DNA of 64,000 nucleotides from Glaciecola sp. UBA2563 (GTDB lineage: Bacteria > Pseudomonadota > Gammaproteobacteria > Enterobacterales > Alteromonadaceae): NCBI GenBank assembly GCA_002340325.1, contig DDLV01000108.1, positions 19,281-83,280 of the forward strand, in the 5' to 3' direction. Below the pieces are notes generated by a model that saw only the letters and a list, made by a program, of their open reading frames with translations, ran no database searches and was not told the DNA's origin. Below are positions 38,460 through 48,007 of the stretch, piece after piece (the stretch's first letter is position 1; every line of letters begins with the position of its first letter). Both the position numbers and the translations under genes were made by a program.

Positions 38460-40526
38460 TTATAATTTCAGCGTGGTTTCAACGATCTGACCATTGTGAT
38501 TATCAACCGTTACTTTGAGTTCAATTATTTCGTTAAATCGGTCTTCAAGTAATATCGCTCTATATGGATAAGTATGATCGGTCATTAAATACGTTTGATT
38601 GCCGTCTGCATCAATAGCGTGAAATGACACGGCGATTTTCGATAACGCGTTTTGCACTTTGGTAGTTACAGTAACAGGTACGAATTTTCGTTGTCCTTCT
38701 TGGTAAACAGATGAAACCGAGACGTCATTTATTTCTGCATAGGGCAACGGTTGCGAAGAGCGCAGCAAACTATAGCTCAACGCTGGTAAGGTTGTTGATA
38801 ATAGGCCATCATTGACAACTGCACTCGCTCCGCTGATTGTTGAGTACTCTGTTGAATCGACATTAATACTTACGGTTTTTTCATCAGTACTGAAATTAAA
38901 AATTGCCATGTATTCGTGCATATCGTTCGAGGCGACGCGCGAAAAACTATAAATAGCGTTTTCGATGTCAATAAATCGATTGTGTTGTTCACCACGCGTA
39001 AGGACAGGGTGTGACACGCGTATTTGTGCTAACTCTGCCAGTCTTTGATAAATGGGATGTTGTTGATCGAAATTATCAGTTGCCGTTGTAGCGTCAGTAC
39101 CAATCAAGTTGTTATCATTGTAGGAGTCAACCTGAGAAGGGTCCATATTCTCTCTCGAACCTACATCACCACCGTCTCCGGCAAAACCTTGCTCATCTCC
39201 ATAATACACAACGGGGATACCACGAGAAAAATACATAAATGTATGTCCAAGTAATGTCCTTGCAAGCCTTTCTTTATCATCAATATCAGGTAATCCCTGA
39301 TCGATAAAAAAGCCAGTTCGCCCAGCATCGTGATTGCCGAGAAAATTCATTAATTCCAGAGGGGTAGAATCATGGTCGCGATAGTAATCGTCGTTTTCAA
39401 ATAAACCTGCAAGTCGACCCACGTCCATATTCGTAAAAAGCGCATCTTTCACATTAAAATGAAAACCGAAATCTAGCACTGAAGGCATTTTACCTGCTGT
39501 AGTGAATTTTGATAACACAGCTGGATTACCATCATATACTTCTCCAAAAATAAAAAATTGCGGGATCCCAATAGACTGAGCATGCTCGATGATGGCGGGT
39601 CCAAAAACCTGCCAAAACTCTAGGTCTACGTGTTTGACCGTGTCAATTCTAAAGCCATCGGGTTTAAAGTCTGAAATCAAGGCTTTAAACACCTCTATCA
39701 TGTTTTCCTGAACTTGCGGAAGGCTTGTATCTATGTCATCTAATCCAATAAAGTCGCCTGTGATAACACTTTCGCCCGACCAGGTGGAATCTCCCTGATT
39801 GTTATAAAAGGCTGGATCATTGAGCCATTCTGGTACTTTTGCAGTTTTTTCTGAATCAAGCAAAAAAGGTGTATATGCGTCTCCAGCCGCTATCTGAGCT
39901 TTGCTCTTAAATGGACATCCGTCGGAGGCAGGACCAATGAAATTACCTTGTTCATCATGACATTCTTTGAACTTTATAATGTCAGCAGTGTGGTTAGTAA
40001 TGATATCGAAATACACTTTGATATTTCTTTCATGTGCGGCATCGATCAGACTTTTTAAGTCATCGTTGGTGCCAAAGTGCGGATCTATCTCGGTAAAATC
40101 AACCACCCAGTATCCGTGATGTGCATAACTGTCGTACTGAACTGCTTTGTTCCGCAAAATTGGCGTCATCCAAATCGCAGTGATCCCCATGTCCTCAAGG
40201 TAGTCCAATTTGGCTTCGATACCCGCAATATCACCTCCGTGAAATGCTTTTTCGTTGGTTGGGTTAAATCCACCAAAAGAAATAGGCCTGTTTGGATCTC
40301 CGTTGTCGTTTTCCGGAATTGCATTGTGAAATCTATCGGGAAGAACAAAATAAAAAATTTCATCTTTAATATCGCGTTCTAGGTAATGCGGCAATTGCTG
40401 GCTTATTGAGGTTTTAGCTTCAGGTATTGGCGGAGCAGACGATGTCTGGTTTTCTTGTTTGCCGCAGCCCGCGTTTATAAGTAGAGCGAAAATGAGTAAC
40501 AATGAACAACTGAATTTGGTTTTCAT
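38460..40526 (-). CDS. GH13 alpha-amylase-family lipoprotein
   Basis: Lipobox-like INAGC; FVLPDRF, HGYW, DIITNH, GFRIDTVKH, FGEV and FLGNHD. Confidence 0.93.
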   Translation of the reverse strand: MKTKFSCSLLLIFALLINAGCGKQENQTSSAPPIPEAKTSISQQLPHYLERDIKDEIFYFVLPDRFHNAIPENDNGDPNRPISFGGFNPTNEKAFHGGDIAGIEAKLDYLEDMGITAIWMTPILRNKAVQYDSYAHHGYWVVDFTEIDPHFGTNDDLKSLIDAAHERNIKVYFDIITNHTADIIKFKECHDEQGNFIGPASDGCPFKSKAQIAAGDAYTPFLLDSEKTAKVPEWLNDPAFYNNQGDSTWSGESVITGDFIGLDDIDTSLPQVQENMIEVFKALISDFKPDGFRIDTVKHVDLEFWQVFGPAIIEHAQSIGIPQFFIFGEVYDGNPAVLSKFTTAGKMPSVLDFGFHFNVKDALFTNMDVGRLAGLFENDDYYRDHDSTPLELMNFLGNHDAGRTGFFIDQGLPDIDDKERLARTLLGHTFMYFSRGIPVVYYGDEQGFAGDGGDVGSRENMDPSQVDSYNDNNLIGTDATTATDNFDQQHPIYQRLAELAQIRVSHPVLTRGEQHNRFIDIENAIYSFSRVASNDMHEYMAIFNFSTDEKTVSINVDSTEYSTISGASAVVNDGLLSTTLPALSYSLLRSSQPLPYAEINDVSVSSVYQEGQRKFVPVTVTTKVQNALSKIAVSFHAIDADGNQTYLMTDHTYPYRAILLEDRFNEIIELKVTVDNHNGQIVETTLKL

Positions 40527-40577
40527 TTCTTGCGTCCTATCTTGTTGATGCTTTTTTGGTCAACGCTAGCGTTGTTT

Positions 40578-41537
40578 CTATGGAACATCAGCGCCTCTTC
40601 TGGTCTGTAGTATCTGGTACCAGTCATCACGAGACATGCTGACAGTCTTGGCTTGCGTTAAATCTCGAATTCTCTGCGGTTTCAAGGAACCGATGACAGG
40701 TTGAATGTTTGCGGGATGTCTCATCAACCAGGCGATAACTAGTGCGCCTGCACTGACTTGATACTTTTCAGCTAACTCAAGCAGCAAATTTGCAGTCTTT
40801 GCAATGTTCCCATCAGCATGTTGAGTGTCTGTGAATTGACCCCGCGCTGCTGCGCCCCATGCTTGCAGCTGAATGCCTTTTTGCATGCAATATTCTAAAG
40901 TTCCTCTGGGGAAACCAGATTGAGAATTAATGGCCATGTTGACGGTGATTCCATCTTCTACAAAACCGTGATGCAACAGGCTCATTTCAAGTTGATTTGC
41001 GATAATAGGCATATCCAAATGTTGTTCAAGCATTGCAATCTGACCCGCGTGCATGTTTGAGACAGCCAAATACCCAAATCGGTCTTCCTGCCAATACTGA
41101 TTCAGCGTGTTTGAAAGTGCCGTTACTTCGACCAATGGGTCGGGGCGATGTAAAAACAGGACGTCAAGCTTTTCAACTTGGAGCCGCGACAAAGAAGCAT
41201 CAATTGCACTGGAAATGTATTCGGGACTGAAATCATATTGACTGATGCTGTGTTGTGGTTTTAATTTAATACCAACTTTGCTTTGGATATATATTTTCTC
41301 AGCCAGTTGAGGTGACTTTTTCAGCACTTTACCCACAACTGATTCCGCTTTACCGAATGTGTAGATATCCGCCAAATCAATCACATTTATACCGCAATCT
41401 ATACAAGTTTCAATAATTTGTTGAGTGAGCTTTTCGTCTTCAATACTGATTGGGTTTGAATTCCAACCACCTCCCAAATGCATGCAGCCGTATATCATTT
41501 GGGAAGTATCTGAAATGTGTTTTTTAAGAGGGATCAT
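40578..41537 (-). CDS. Aldo/keto reductase
   Basis: YGCMHLGG, DLADIY, QSKVG, LHRPD, VSN and NQLEMS. Confidence 0.92.
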   Translation of the reverse strand: MIPLKKHISDTSQMIYGCMHLGGGWNSNPISIEDEKLTQQIIETCIDCGINVIDLADIYTFGKAESVVGKVLKKSPQLAEKIYIQSKVGIKLKPQHSISQYDFSPEYISSAIDASLSRLQVEKLDVLFLHRPDPLVEVTALSNTLNQYWQEDRFGYLAVSNMHAGQIAMLEQHLDMPIIANQLEMSLLHHGFVEDGITVNMAINSQSGFPRGTLEYCMQKGIQLQAWGAAARGQFTDTQHADGNIAKTANLLLELAEKYQVSAGALVIAWLMRHPANIQPVIGSLKPQRIRDLTQAKTVSMSRDDWYQILQTRRGADVP

Positions 41538-41653
41538 AGATTTGTGTCGTTATAGTTCTTTTAAGCAATATTTATTACAGAGTTTACACATAATAGTAAC
41601 AAAAGCTGCTAAACAGGCATCACTGAATACGTATGCGCGTTTCAAATAACATG

Positions 41654-41920
41654 AGGGGCTGTTTACCTTTCATATTTTGCATCATCTAAGGTCCAATCTT
41701 TCACAATCGAGGCGTGAATACCGCGATTTAGTCATTCTAAATAAGGTATTCAGAACAAAGAGTGTGGAAGATTGGGCTTTGACCCTTCGGGCTGGGCCTG
41801 AATGTATCACCCACTTCGTCATTTGTCGCTCATTTGGAGTAACCAAACCACGCTCCGCTTTCCTCGTTTGTGATACATTCAGACGCCAGTGTTGCATAAT
41901 ATGAAAGATAAACAGCCCCT
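41654..41920. mobile_element. MITE-like 267-bp element with 28-bp terminal inverted repeats
   Basis: Left end AGGGGCTGTTTACCTTTCATATTTTGCA vs reverse complement of the right end AGGGGCTGTTTATCTTTCATATTATGCA (26/28). Internal perfect 13-bp IR CTGAATGTATCAC/GTGATACATTCAG; no transposase. Confidence 0.75.
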
Positions 41921-42160
41921 AATTAGGCTATTTGGATAAATTGAATCAATACTGCACGTTTTTCGCATAAATTTACTTTCAATAAGAACATGCTAAACTT
42001 CAAAAACATAGACTGTCATTGTCGCATCCAAAGATATAATCAAGACTCAACCTAAATGAGACTTCTCAAGATCAATGTATGAAAAACTAATGATTTTGGT
42101 TTTTTGGGCTAACTGAAATAAAAGTGACATATGGGCGGTCTATTTTATTATAAACTATAA

Positions 42161-42228
42161 TAAGAGCGTGTTGTTCTTTGGTGTTCAAACAGCTGAAAAA
42201 ATCTACACGAAACATCAACATCCTCTAA
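42161..42228. repeat. Short degenerate inverted-repeat element, possibly an internally deleted relative of the MITE
   Basis: TAAGAGCGTGTTGTTCTTTGGTGT vs reverse complement of the right arm TTAGAGGATGTTGATGTTTCGTGT (18/24). Confidence 0.4.
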
Positions 42229-42249
42229 AAAGCAGCTTTGGGAATTTTC

Positions 42250-42753
42250 ATGTCATCCAGTTATGTGCGCATTGTCGAACAAGCCATCGAACTTCTTGAT
42301 AGCATTTCGATCGAAGAGTATCAATCAGAACTCAAACCTAATTTTCCTAGTTCTATCGGCGCTCATATGCGTCATATAATCGATCACTTTATAGCGATTC
42401 AGACGGGGTTATCAAGTGGTCATATCGATTACAACAAACGCAATAGACATCATCAGATAGAGCAATTCCCGCATATTGCAATCGAACAATTGGAATCAAT
42501 CGGAAGATGGATGGCGGAACTTACAGACGATGTTAGGCAGTCTAAGATTCAAGTCACGACCGAAATTGATATCAGCCACACTAAGTCAGCAAGCTGTGAG
42601 TCCACCATTGAGCGAGAGCTCATCTTCGTCACGAGTCATGCTATACATCACTACGCCTTAATACGCATTATCTGTAATTTATTGGATAAACAAATACCTC
42701 AGTTTTTCGGATATGCACCTGCAACCATTACGCATATAAACAAATCAGCATAG
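42250..42753 (+). CDS. DinB/YfiT-superfamily protein
   Basis: SIGAHMRHIIDHF, IDYNKR.R and RELIFVTSHAIHHYALI (His metal ligands); ATG at 42250. Confidence 0.85.
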   Translation: MSSSYVRIVEQAIELLDSISIEEYQSELKPNFPSSIGAHMRHIIDHFIAIQTGLSSGHIDYNKRNRHHQIEQFPHIAIEQLESIGRWMAELTDDVRQSKIQVTTEIDISHTKSASCESTIERELIFVTSHAIHHYALIRIICNLLDKQIPQFFGYAPATITHINKSA

Positions 42754-42815
42754 ACAGAAAAGCCTCTTCAAAGATAAGCGAGTGAAGTTCTGCTTTCAAT
42801 AGAAGTCAGGATAAA

Positions 42816-44579
42816 TTACGTTTTCGTTGCTTCATAGCTCGCGTATTCTTCCCAACCATCACCCAAATAAAGTTTCAGTAGTTTGGCAGGGGCTTTCGGG
42901 AGGTCAACTGTTAGCAGCAGTCCTGGGGTGAAGTTAAAGCTGTGATCAATACCAAGGGCGTGAAATTTAGCGCCCATCTTTTCATACTGTTTCGCTAATA
43001 TTGGGATATCCTTTCCATCTTTTTCAAGTGTGTTGAGCATAGTCGTGAGGTAATTACGCGCATTTTTCGAACGACAGATCGTTACTAGCTCAGGGTGTAA
43101 TTCAAATGCAAAAGGATTGCGTGCTTCAACAGATGGTTCAGCAACGTGCTCGATTAGTATCTCTTGAATTAAACGCACGCTTTTCGGACTGTATAATTTG
43201 CTTATGGATACTGTGCCGTAAAGCGTCCGGTATCGCGGAAACTTTTTGACAAATGCGCCAATACCACGCCAGAGTAACAACAATCCGTGAAAAGAAGATT
43301 GGTATTCAGGGATTAAGAACGAGCGCCCCATTTCAAGACAGGGCTCTCGTCGATTAACAAATGTTGTCTTAAAGTTGAACATCTTGTTTAGATAAAGTCC
43401 GTCCAACCACTGACGATCAAGCAGCAAATCTGTCTGACCCATTCGATAAGCGCCAATAATCGTCAGATTTGTTTTGTCGATGATAAACAAGTGAGTATAC
43501 GTTGCATCAAACCCATCGGTATCTAACGGTTCACCGCTTCCTTCGTTATGCATCCTAAATACGAGTTCTCGCAATCTCGCAATTTCCGTTACTATCATGG
43601 GTATTTGGTGCTGGTATCCAAAATATACATCGAAGGCTTTGTGCGATACTAAAAAATGCTCTTTTGGCAGCGCCTGAAGTTCCTCAGATATCAGTTTTTT
43701 ATCAACCGGTTGCGCCAAAGGTTTTTGTTCAACAACCTTGTCAGCGGGCCACTCAAAGTGCCATTCGTTACTCGTTGTGTAGCTTAAGCTTCTCGCCAGC
43801 TCAGCGCCTTCTATTAGCGAATCCAAATTGAGATCCCCTAGTGAAGTTGGATAGCCAGCATCAGCATGGAATTGAAAATTCTTTTTATTTAACAACTCTC
43901 GACCCAGACAGAACATTCTCAACTTGAAATAAATTCTTTCAACGCGATAAAACCAATCAGAGTTTCTACCTGCAACAAACACCGGAACAAATAAAGCGTC
44001 TTTGCGGTTCGCTAATTTGGCAACGATTTTGTCCCATTGGTTTTCAACCGTCCTATCATTTTCATTGTCTAAATGCGAGACTCTGCCTGCCGGAAACAAC
44101 AACAAGCAATTTCCATCATCCACGTGGCGAATACATTGTCGTAGAGAAGGCGCGTTTGTGGGATCTTTTTTTACCAACGGATTAGTAAATATAAAGTAGT
44201 TCTTTATCTCGTCGAAAATCCGTAGGCTTTTATTAGCGAGGACTTTTATATCTGGCCTTACTTCTCCAATAGCTCGCGCAAGAATAACACCTTCAACGCC
44301 GCCGAAAGGATGATTACTCGCGATAACAACAGGCCCTTCTTTCGGGATCCTATTTTGCACTTCTTCCAAGCCAGACAGCTCTATTTTCATAATGTCGATG
44401 AATCGGTCAATAAACGCTTCTTTCTCCAACCCCTGCATATTGTAATGTTGATAAAGGGCATTCATTTTCGCTACACCTATCATATTGTCGAGCAACCATG
44501 TACCTAACCGGGTAAGTGATGAAGGATTGTTAAACAAATTTATACTGCTAATTTTTTGCGGCGTCGGAAGGTGTGGCAT
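42816..44579 (-). CDS. Fused acyltransferase plus GNAT N-acyltransferase (OlsF-like ornithine lipid synthase)
   Basis: N-domain SNHPFGGVEG and LFPAG.VS (PlsC-like); C-domain EIARLRELVFR..GEG, D.FDATY.HLF, GAYRMG and LEMGRSF. Confidence 0.8.
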   Translation of the reverse strand: MPHLPTPQKISSINLFNNPSSLTRLGTWLLDNMIGVAKMNALYQHYNMQGLEKEAFIDRFIDIMKIELSGLEEVQNRIPKEGPVVIASNHPFGGVEGVILARAIGEVRPDIKVLANKSLRIFDEIKNYFIFTNPLVKKDPTNAPSLRQCIRHVDDGNCLLLFPAGRVSHLDNENDRTVENQWDKIVAKLANRKDALFVPVFVAGRNSDWFYRVERIYFKLRMFCLGRELLNKKNFQFHADAGYPTSLGDLNLDSLIEGAELARSLSYTTSNEWHFEWPADKVVEQKPLAQPVDKKLISEELQALPKEHFLVSHKAFDVYFGYQHQIPMIVTEIARLRELVFRMHNEGSGEPLDTDGFDATYTHLFIIDKTNLTIIGAYRMGQTDLLLDRQWLDGLYLNKMFNFKTTFVNRREPCLEMGRSFLIPEYQSSFHGLLLLWRGIGAFVKKFPRYRTLYGTVSISKLYSPKSVRLIQEILIEHVAEPSVEARNPFAFELHPELVTICRSKNARNYLTTMLNTLEKDGKDIPILAKQYEKMGAKFHALGIDHSFNFTPGLLLTVDLPKAPAKLLKLYLGDGWEEYASYEATKT

Positions 44580-44666
44580 TTGCTCTTTTGGAATTCCCTA
44601 AGCTTATTATTAATTAACTGACGTAATGAACGTACCCCAGTGTTATTGTGGATTACTGAATTATTG

Positions 44667-45797
44667 CTAAAAAGTACTTGTTCGGCCAGCGTCAGCGCTG
44701 GGTTTTTCTATGTACACATTTAGACCAGCAATTAAGCGTCTTTCAACGAAGACTTTTACACCTTTGAAAAATGCATTGTAATCGCGTTTAAGTGACTCAG
44801 TTACTGCTTTTTTATTATCTTTATACAATGTCAGACGATCGCTATATTCAGTAATTAACACTGTATAGTCGTTTTCTTGATTGGATTCTGCAACTTTTTG
44901 TAGTTTATCCAATGCGTTAGTTTGATGCTCGATTGCCAGTGCATAATCACCTCTCGCCGCGTAAGTAGCCGCCAACGTGTCAACATAAACGTGGTTCTGA
45001 TCATTCGGTGATATGTTGATAACACTCTCAGCTAGTTTCACAGCAGTATCCGGAGTCGACAATGGGTTGTCATCCAGGGTTGCTAAAAACCAGGCGACAT
45101 TATTCGTTGTCATGGGAAATTGGTGATTTGCGTAGTTCAGTAAAACGTTGCGCGCTTTGGTGTAGTCTTGCTCTACGCCAAATCCATTTGCATAAATAAT
45201 CGCAAGTTGGTACGCATTAAAAACCTCTGGATCTTTTTCGTGAGCCCTCTGCAACAGCCACATAGAGTTAGATGTCTTGTCTAGTACGTTCTCTTCAAGT
45301 TTGTACAAAATCCCCAAATATGCAGCTGCTGGCGCAAAATTTACATTGGCTAGTTGCTGTATGCCTGCCTCACCATGTTCAATATCTGTTGAATTTTTGC
45401 CAAACAATCTCAATAAGATATACCGCATAAGTTCCGCACTGCGGTCGTAATTTGCTACACGTGATATCCATTTGTAAGCTTCCTCTAGGTCTTGATGGTC
45501 GCTTGTTTGCGAATATGCCCATGCGATCTTACGCTGTGCGAGATTATATCCTTCGTTGGCAGCATCCAAACAATTTGAAAAAGCCTCAGTAGGCGCAGCA
45601 TCTGTGACTTCATTGCACAGTAATAGTCTGTCATCAAAAGGTACAGCAGTAGCGATATGTTGATCTTCAAAGTCGTCGTTAGTTAATGCAACAATAACGG
45701 CAACTACACCAATAACAGCGATAAAGAACACCAGTTTGGCGCTGATGCGGCCAGATAACGTGTAAAAACAAGATGTAGGGTTGTGAACGCGGCTCAT
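44667..45797 (-). CDS. Membrane-anchored Sel1/TPR-repeat protein
   Basis: N-terminal TM segment; LAIIYANGFGVEQDYTKA, NNVAWFLAT and DTLAATYAARGDYALAIEHQ. Confidence 0.82.
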   Translation of the reverse strand: MSRVHNPTSCFYTLSGRISAKLVFFIAVIGVVAVIVALTNDDFEDQHIATAVPFDDRLLLCNEVTDAAPTEAFSNCLDAANEGYNLAQRKIAWAYSQTSDHQDLEEAYKWISRVANYDRSAELMRYILLRLFGKNSTDIEHGEAGIQQLANVNFAPAAAYLGILYKLEENVLDKTSNSMWLLQRAHEKDPEVFNAYQLAIIYANGFGVEQDYTKARNVLLNYANHQFPMTTNNVAWFLATLDDNPLSTPDTAVKLAESVINISPNDQNHVYVDTLAATYAARGDYALAIEHQTNALDKLQKVAESNQENDYTVLITEYSDRLTLYKDNKKAVTESLKRDYNAFFKGVKVFVERRLIAGLNVYIEKPSADAGRTSTF

Positions 45798-45984
45798 TCA
45801 ATCATTATTCCATTACTTCTCGTGGTATTCAATAATTCAACATCTTTCTTATGTTGTGTACAACAAACGTCAACAGCCTTTAGACAACACACTTTATAAT
45901 TTACGTTTTTTCATTTAGCGCGTTAGAGTTTGAATGTTATCTTAATACACAAATTATCATTCCGCACAAACGGGAAACACGCAG

Positions 45985-47412
45985 TTGAATAACAATAACG
46001 TTGAGTCAATGCCGCCTGAAACGCCGCGACTTTCAAAAGAACTGACAGAAAGACTTGTTCAACTTGGCATGGAAAAGCCCACAGATGTCCAACGTCTCAC
46101 ATTAACAGATGCGCTGGAAAACAAAGATATAATTGTAAAATCTAAAACAGGGAGCGGAAAAACCCTTGCATTTGTGATCCCCATTGTGCAAAAGGAATTG
46201 GATATACGTGCGAAAAATCAACATCAAACAAATCCGTTTCAGGCGCTTGTATTGTGCCCTACTCGAGAACTTGTTGAGCAGGTTGCCGATGAACTAAGAC
46301 GCATCGCAACAGCGTGTCCCAATTACAAAGTCTTACAAATTAGCGGTGGTGCAGCTATCGGGCCTCAGTTGGCTTCTTTGAAACACATACCAAATGCCAT
46401 TGTCGCAACGCCTGGTCGCCTACTTGATATCTTAAAGAAGTCATCGCTCTCACTCGATGCTTTATCAACCTTGGTCATTGACGAAGCCGACAGGATGATG
46501 GATATGGGGTTTGCAGATCAGATGCAATCTATCTTTGACGCTATACATATTTCGGGTGCAAAGCCCCATCAGATGCTGTTTTCAGCGACAATGCCAGATG
46601 CCATTCAGCGCATTGTTAAGCCACTTTTTCGAAAGCCTAAAATTATCGAAGTGCATCCCCGTGAAACGCATGATTTAATTGAGCAAGTGGCATGGCAAGT
46701 GATGGAAAAACGCAAAAAAGCCTATGCGGTGTCAGCGTTACTTACGGAAATTCAACCATCGAGTTGTATCGTTTTTTGTAACACCAAACGAGACGTCGAT
46801 GACCTTTATCAATATCTTTTGGGCAAATCATTTGATGCTATTCAACTGCACGGAGATATGGTGCAGGTGGAAAGAGACAGTGCGATCAGGCAATTTAAAG
46901 CAGCCTGCGCCAATGTATTGGTTGCTAGCGATGTTGCAGCTAGAGGTTTGGACATCGACGCCGTTGAGTTGGTGATTTGCGCTGATGTGAGTGTCGATAT
47001 TGATACGCATATCCACAGGATAGGGCGAACTGGTCGTATGGACAAAAAAGGGCTAGCGTTAATACTATTTGAAGCAGTACAGAGCAATCACATTGATAAA
47101 TTAGCCGAACACACCCGTCAGCAAATTCCGCGCAAAAAGACTCAGGCACTCAGATTTCACCAGAATCGAATTATACGAGCAATTTACAAAGGCGTGATAA
47201 TCAATGCTGGCAAAAAAAACAAGATTAACAAAGTCGATATTGTAGGCGTTCTTACTAAGCAAGGGATGATCCCAGCGCAGGACGTAGGCAAGATTTTTGT
47301 TTCCTCGGCTGCTTGTTTTATCGCGATTAAGTTGCGCAGCGTAAAACCTGCACTAAAGTGTTTACGTGGAAATAAAATTAAAGGTAAGCGGGTCTCTGTA
47401 AGAGTTGCTTAA
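45985..47412 (+). CDS. dbpA: DEAD-box RNA helicase DbpA
   Basis: KTGSGKT, PTREL, TPGRL, DEAD, SAT, ARGLD and HRIGRTGR; C-terminal DbpA RNA-binding domain ending KIKGKRVSVR. Confidence 0.92.
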   Translation: MNNNNVESMPPETPRLSKELTERLVQLGMEKPTDVQRLTLTDALENKDIIVKSKTGSGKTLAFVIPIVQKELDIRAKNQHQTNPFQALVLCPTRELVEQVADELRRIATACPNYKVLQISGGAAIGPQLASLKHIPNAIVATPGRLLDILKKSSLSLDALSTLVIDEADRMMDMGFADQMQSIFDAIHISGAKPHQMLFSATMPDAIQRIVKPLFRKPKIIEVHPRETHDLIEQVAWQVMEKRKKAYAVSALLTEIQPSSCIVFCNTKRDVDDLYQYLLGKSFDAIQLHGDMVQVERDSAIRQFKAACANVLVASDVAARGLDIDAVELVICADVSVDIDTHIHRIGRTGRMDKKGLALILFEAVQSNHIDKLAEHTRQQIPRKKTQALRFHQNRIIRAIYKGVIINAGKKNKINKVDIVGVLTKQGMIPAQDVGKIFVSSAACFIAIKLRSVKPALKCLRGNKIKGKRVSVRVA

Positions 47413-47433
47413 TAAAAATACAAAGGAAAAGTT

Positions 47434-47847
47434 ATGAACGCTACAATCATCGCACTGGCTGGTTATATCATTTGGCTTATGCTGCTGCTTTTACTTTTAC
47501 CAGCATATCGCACCGCGTATAACCAAAAAAATAAACGTCAATCACTTAAGTTCAGCCCTGATGGTTCTGACGTTAGTGATTTCGGATTTCGAATAACTAG
47601 AGCGCATTTAAATGCTGTTGAGAGTTTTCCATTTATCGCGGGTACTATGCTGTTGGCAGTAGCGACTGACTCCGCGGCAATAACAAATGGTCTAGCTTAT
47701 GTAGTACTGGCTGCGCGGGTAGTGCAGAGTATCGTTCATTTGATTTCAACATCTAACCCAGCCATTACGACGAGATTTGTGTTTTTCCTTATTCAGTTTG
47801 GCATCTGCTTTTATTGGTTGATAATGATATTGCTCAAGTTTATGTAA
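47434..47847 (+). CDS. MAPEG-family membrane protein
   Basis: RITRAHLNAVESFP and ARVVQSIVH; several hydrophobic segments. Confidence 0.85.
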   Translation: MNATIIALAGYIIWLMLLLLLLPAYRTAYNQKNKRQSLKFSPDGSDVSDFGFRITRAHLNAVESFPFIAGTMLLAVATDSAAITNGLAYVVLAARVVQSIVHLISTSNPAITTRFVFFLIQFGICFYWLIMILLKFM

Positions 47848-47957
47848 CTTACGTAATGTTTATTAACTAGGGTTTTCGAAGCGACTCATCGAGTTATTCC
47901 ATCTTTACGCTTGCTTTATTTATATTTAAGCTTACATTAACCGCATATCATTAGACT

Positions 47958-47983
47958 AAGCGCCTGAGTTTCATCAGGCGTTT
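47958..47983 (+). terminator. Terminator-like hairpin between MAPEG and the ABC exporter
   Basis: AAGCGCCTGA-gtttca-TCAGGCGTTT followed by ATATTT. Confidence 0.55.
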
Positions 47984-48007
47984 ATATTTGTCAATTAGTC
48001 AAAATCC

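Noticed and set aside
41677-41904. Overlapping 75-aa (+) and 71-aa (-) ORFs
   Set aside because: Both lie entirely within the MITE-like element; no RBS or recognisable domain.
41989-42116. Chain of tiny ORFs with stop/start overlaps (MLNFKNIDCHCRIQRYNQDST, MRLLKINV, MKN, MILVFWAN)
   Set aside because: No RBS; such chains arise readily in AT-rich DNA, and no homology was recognised.
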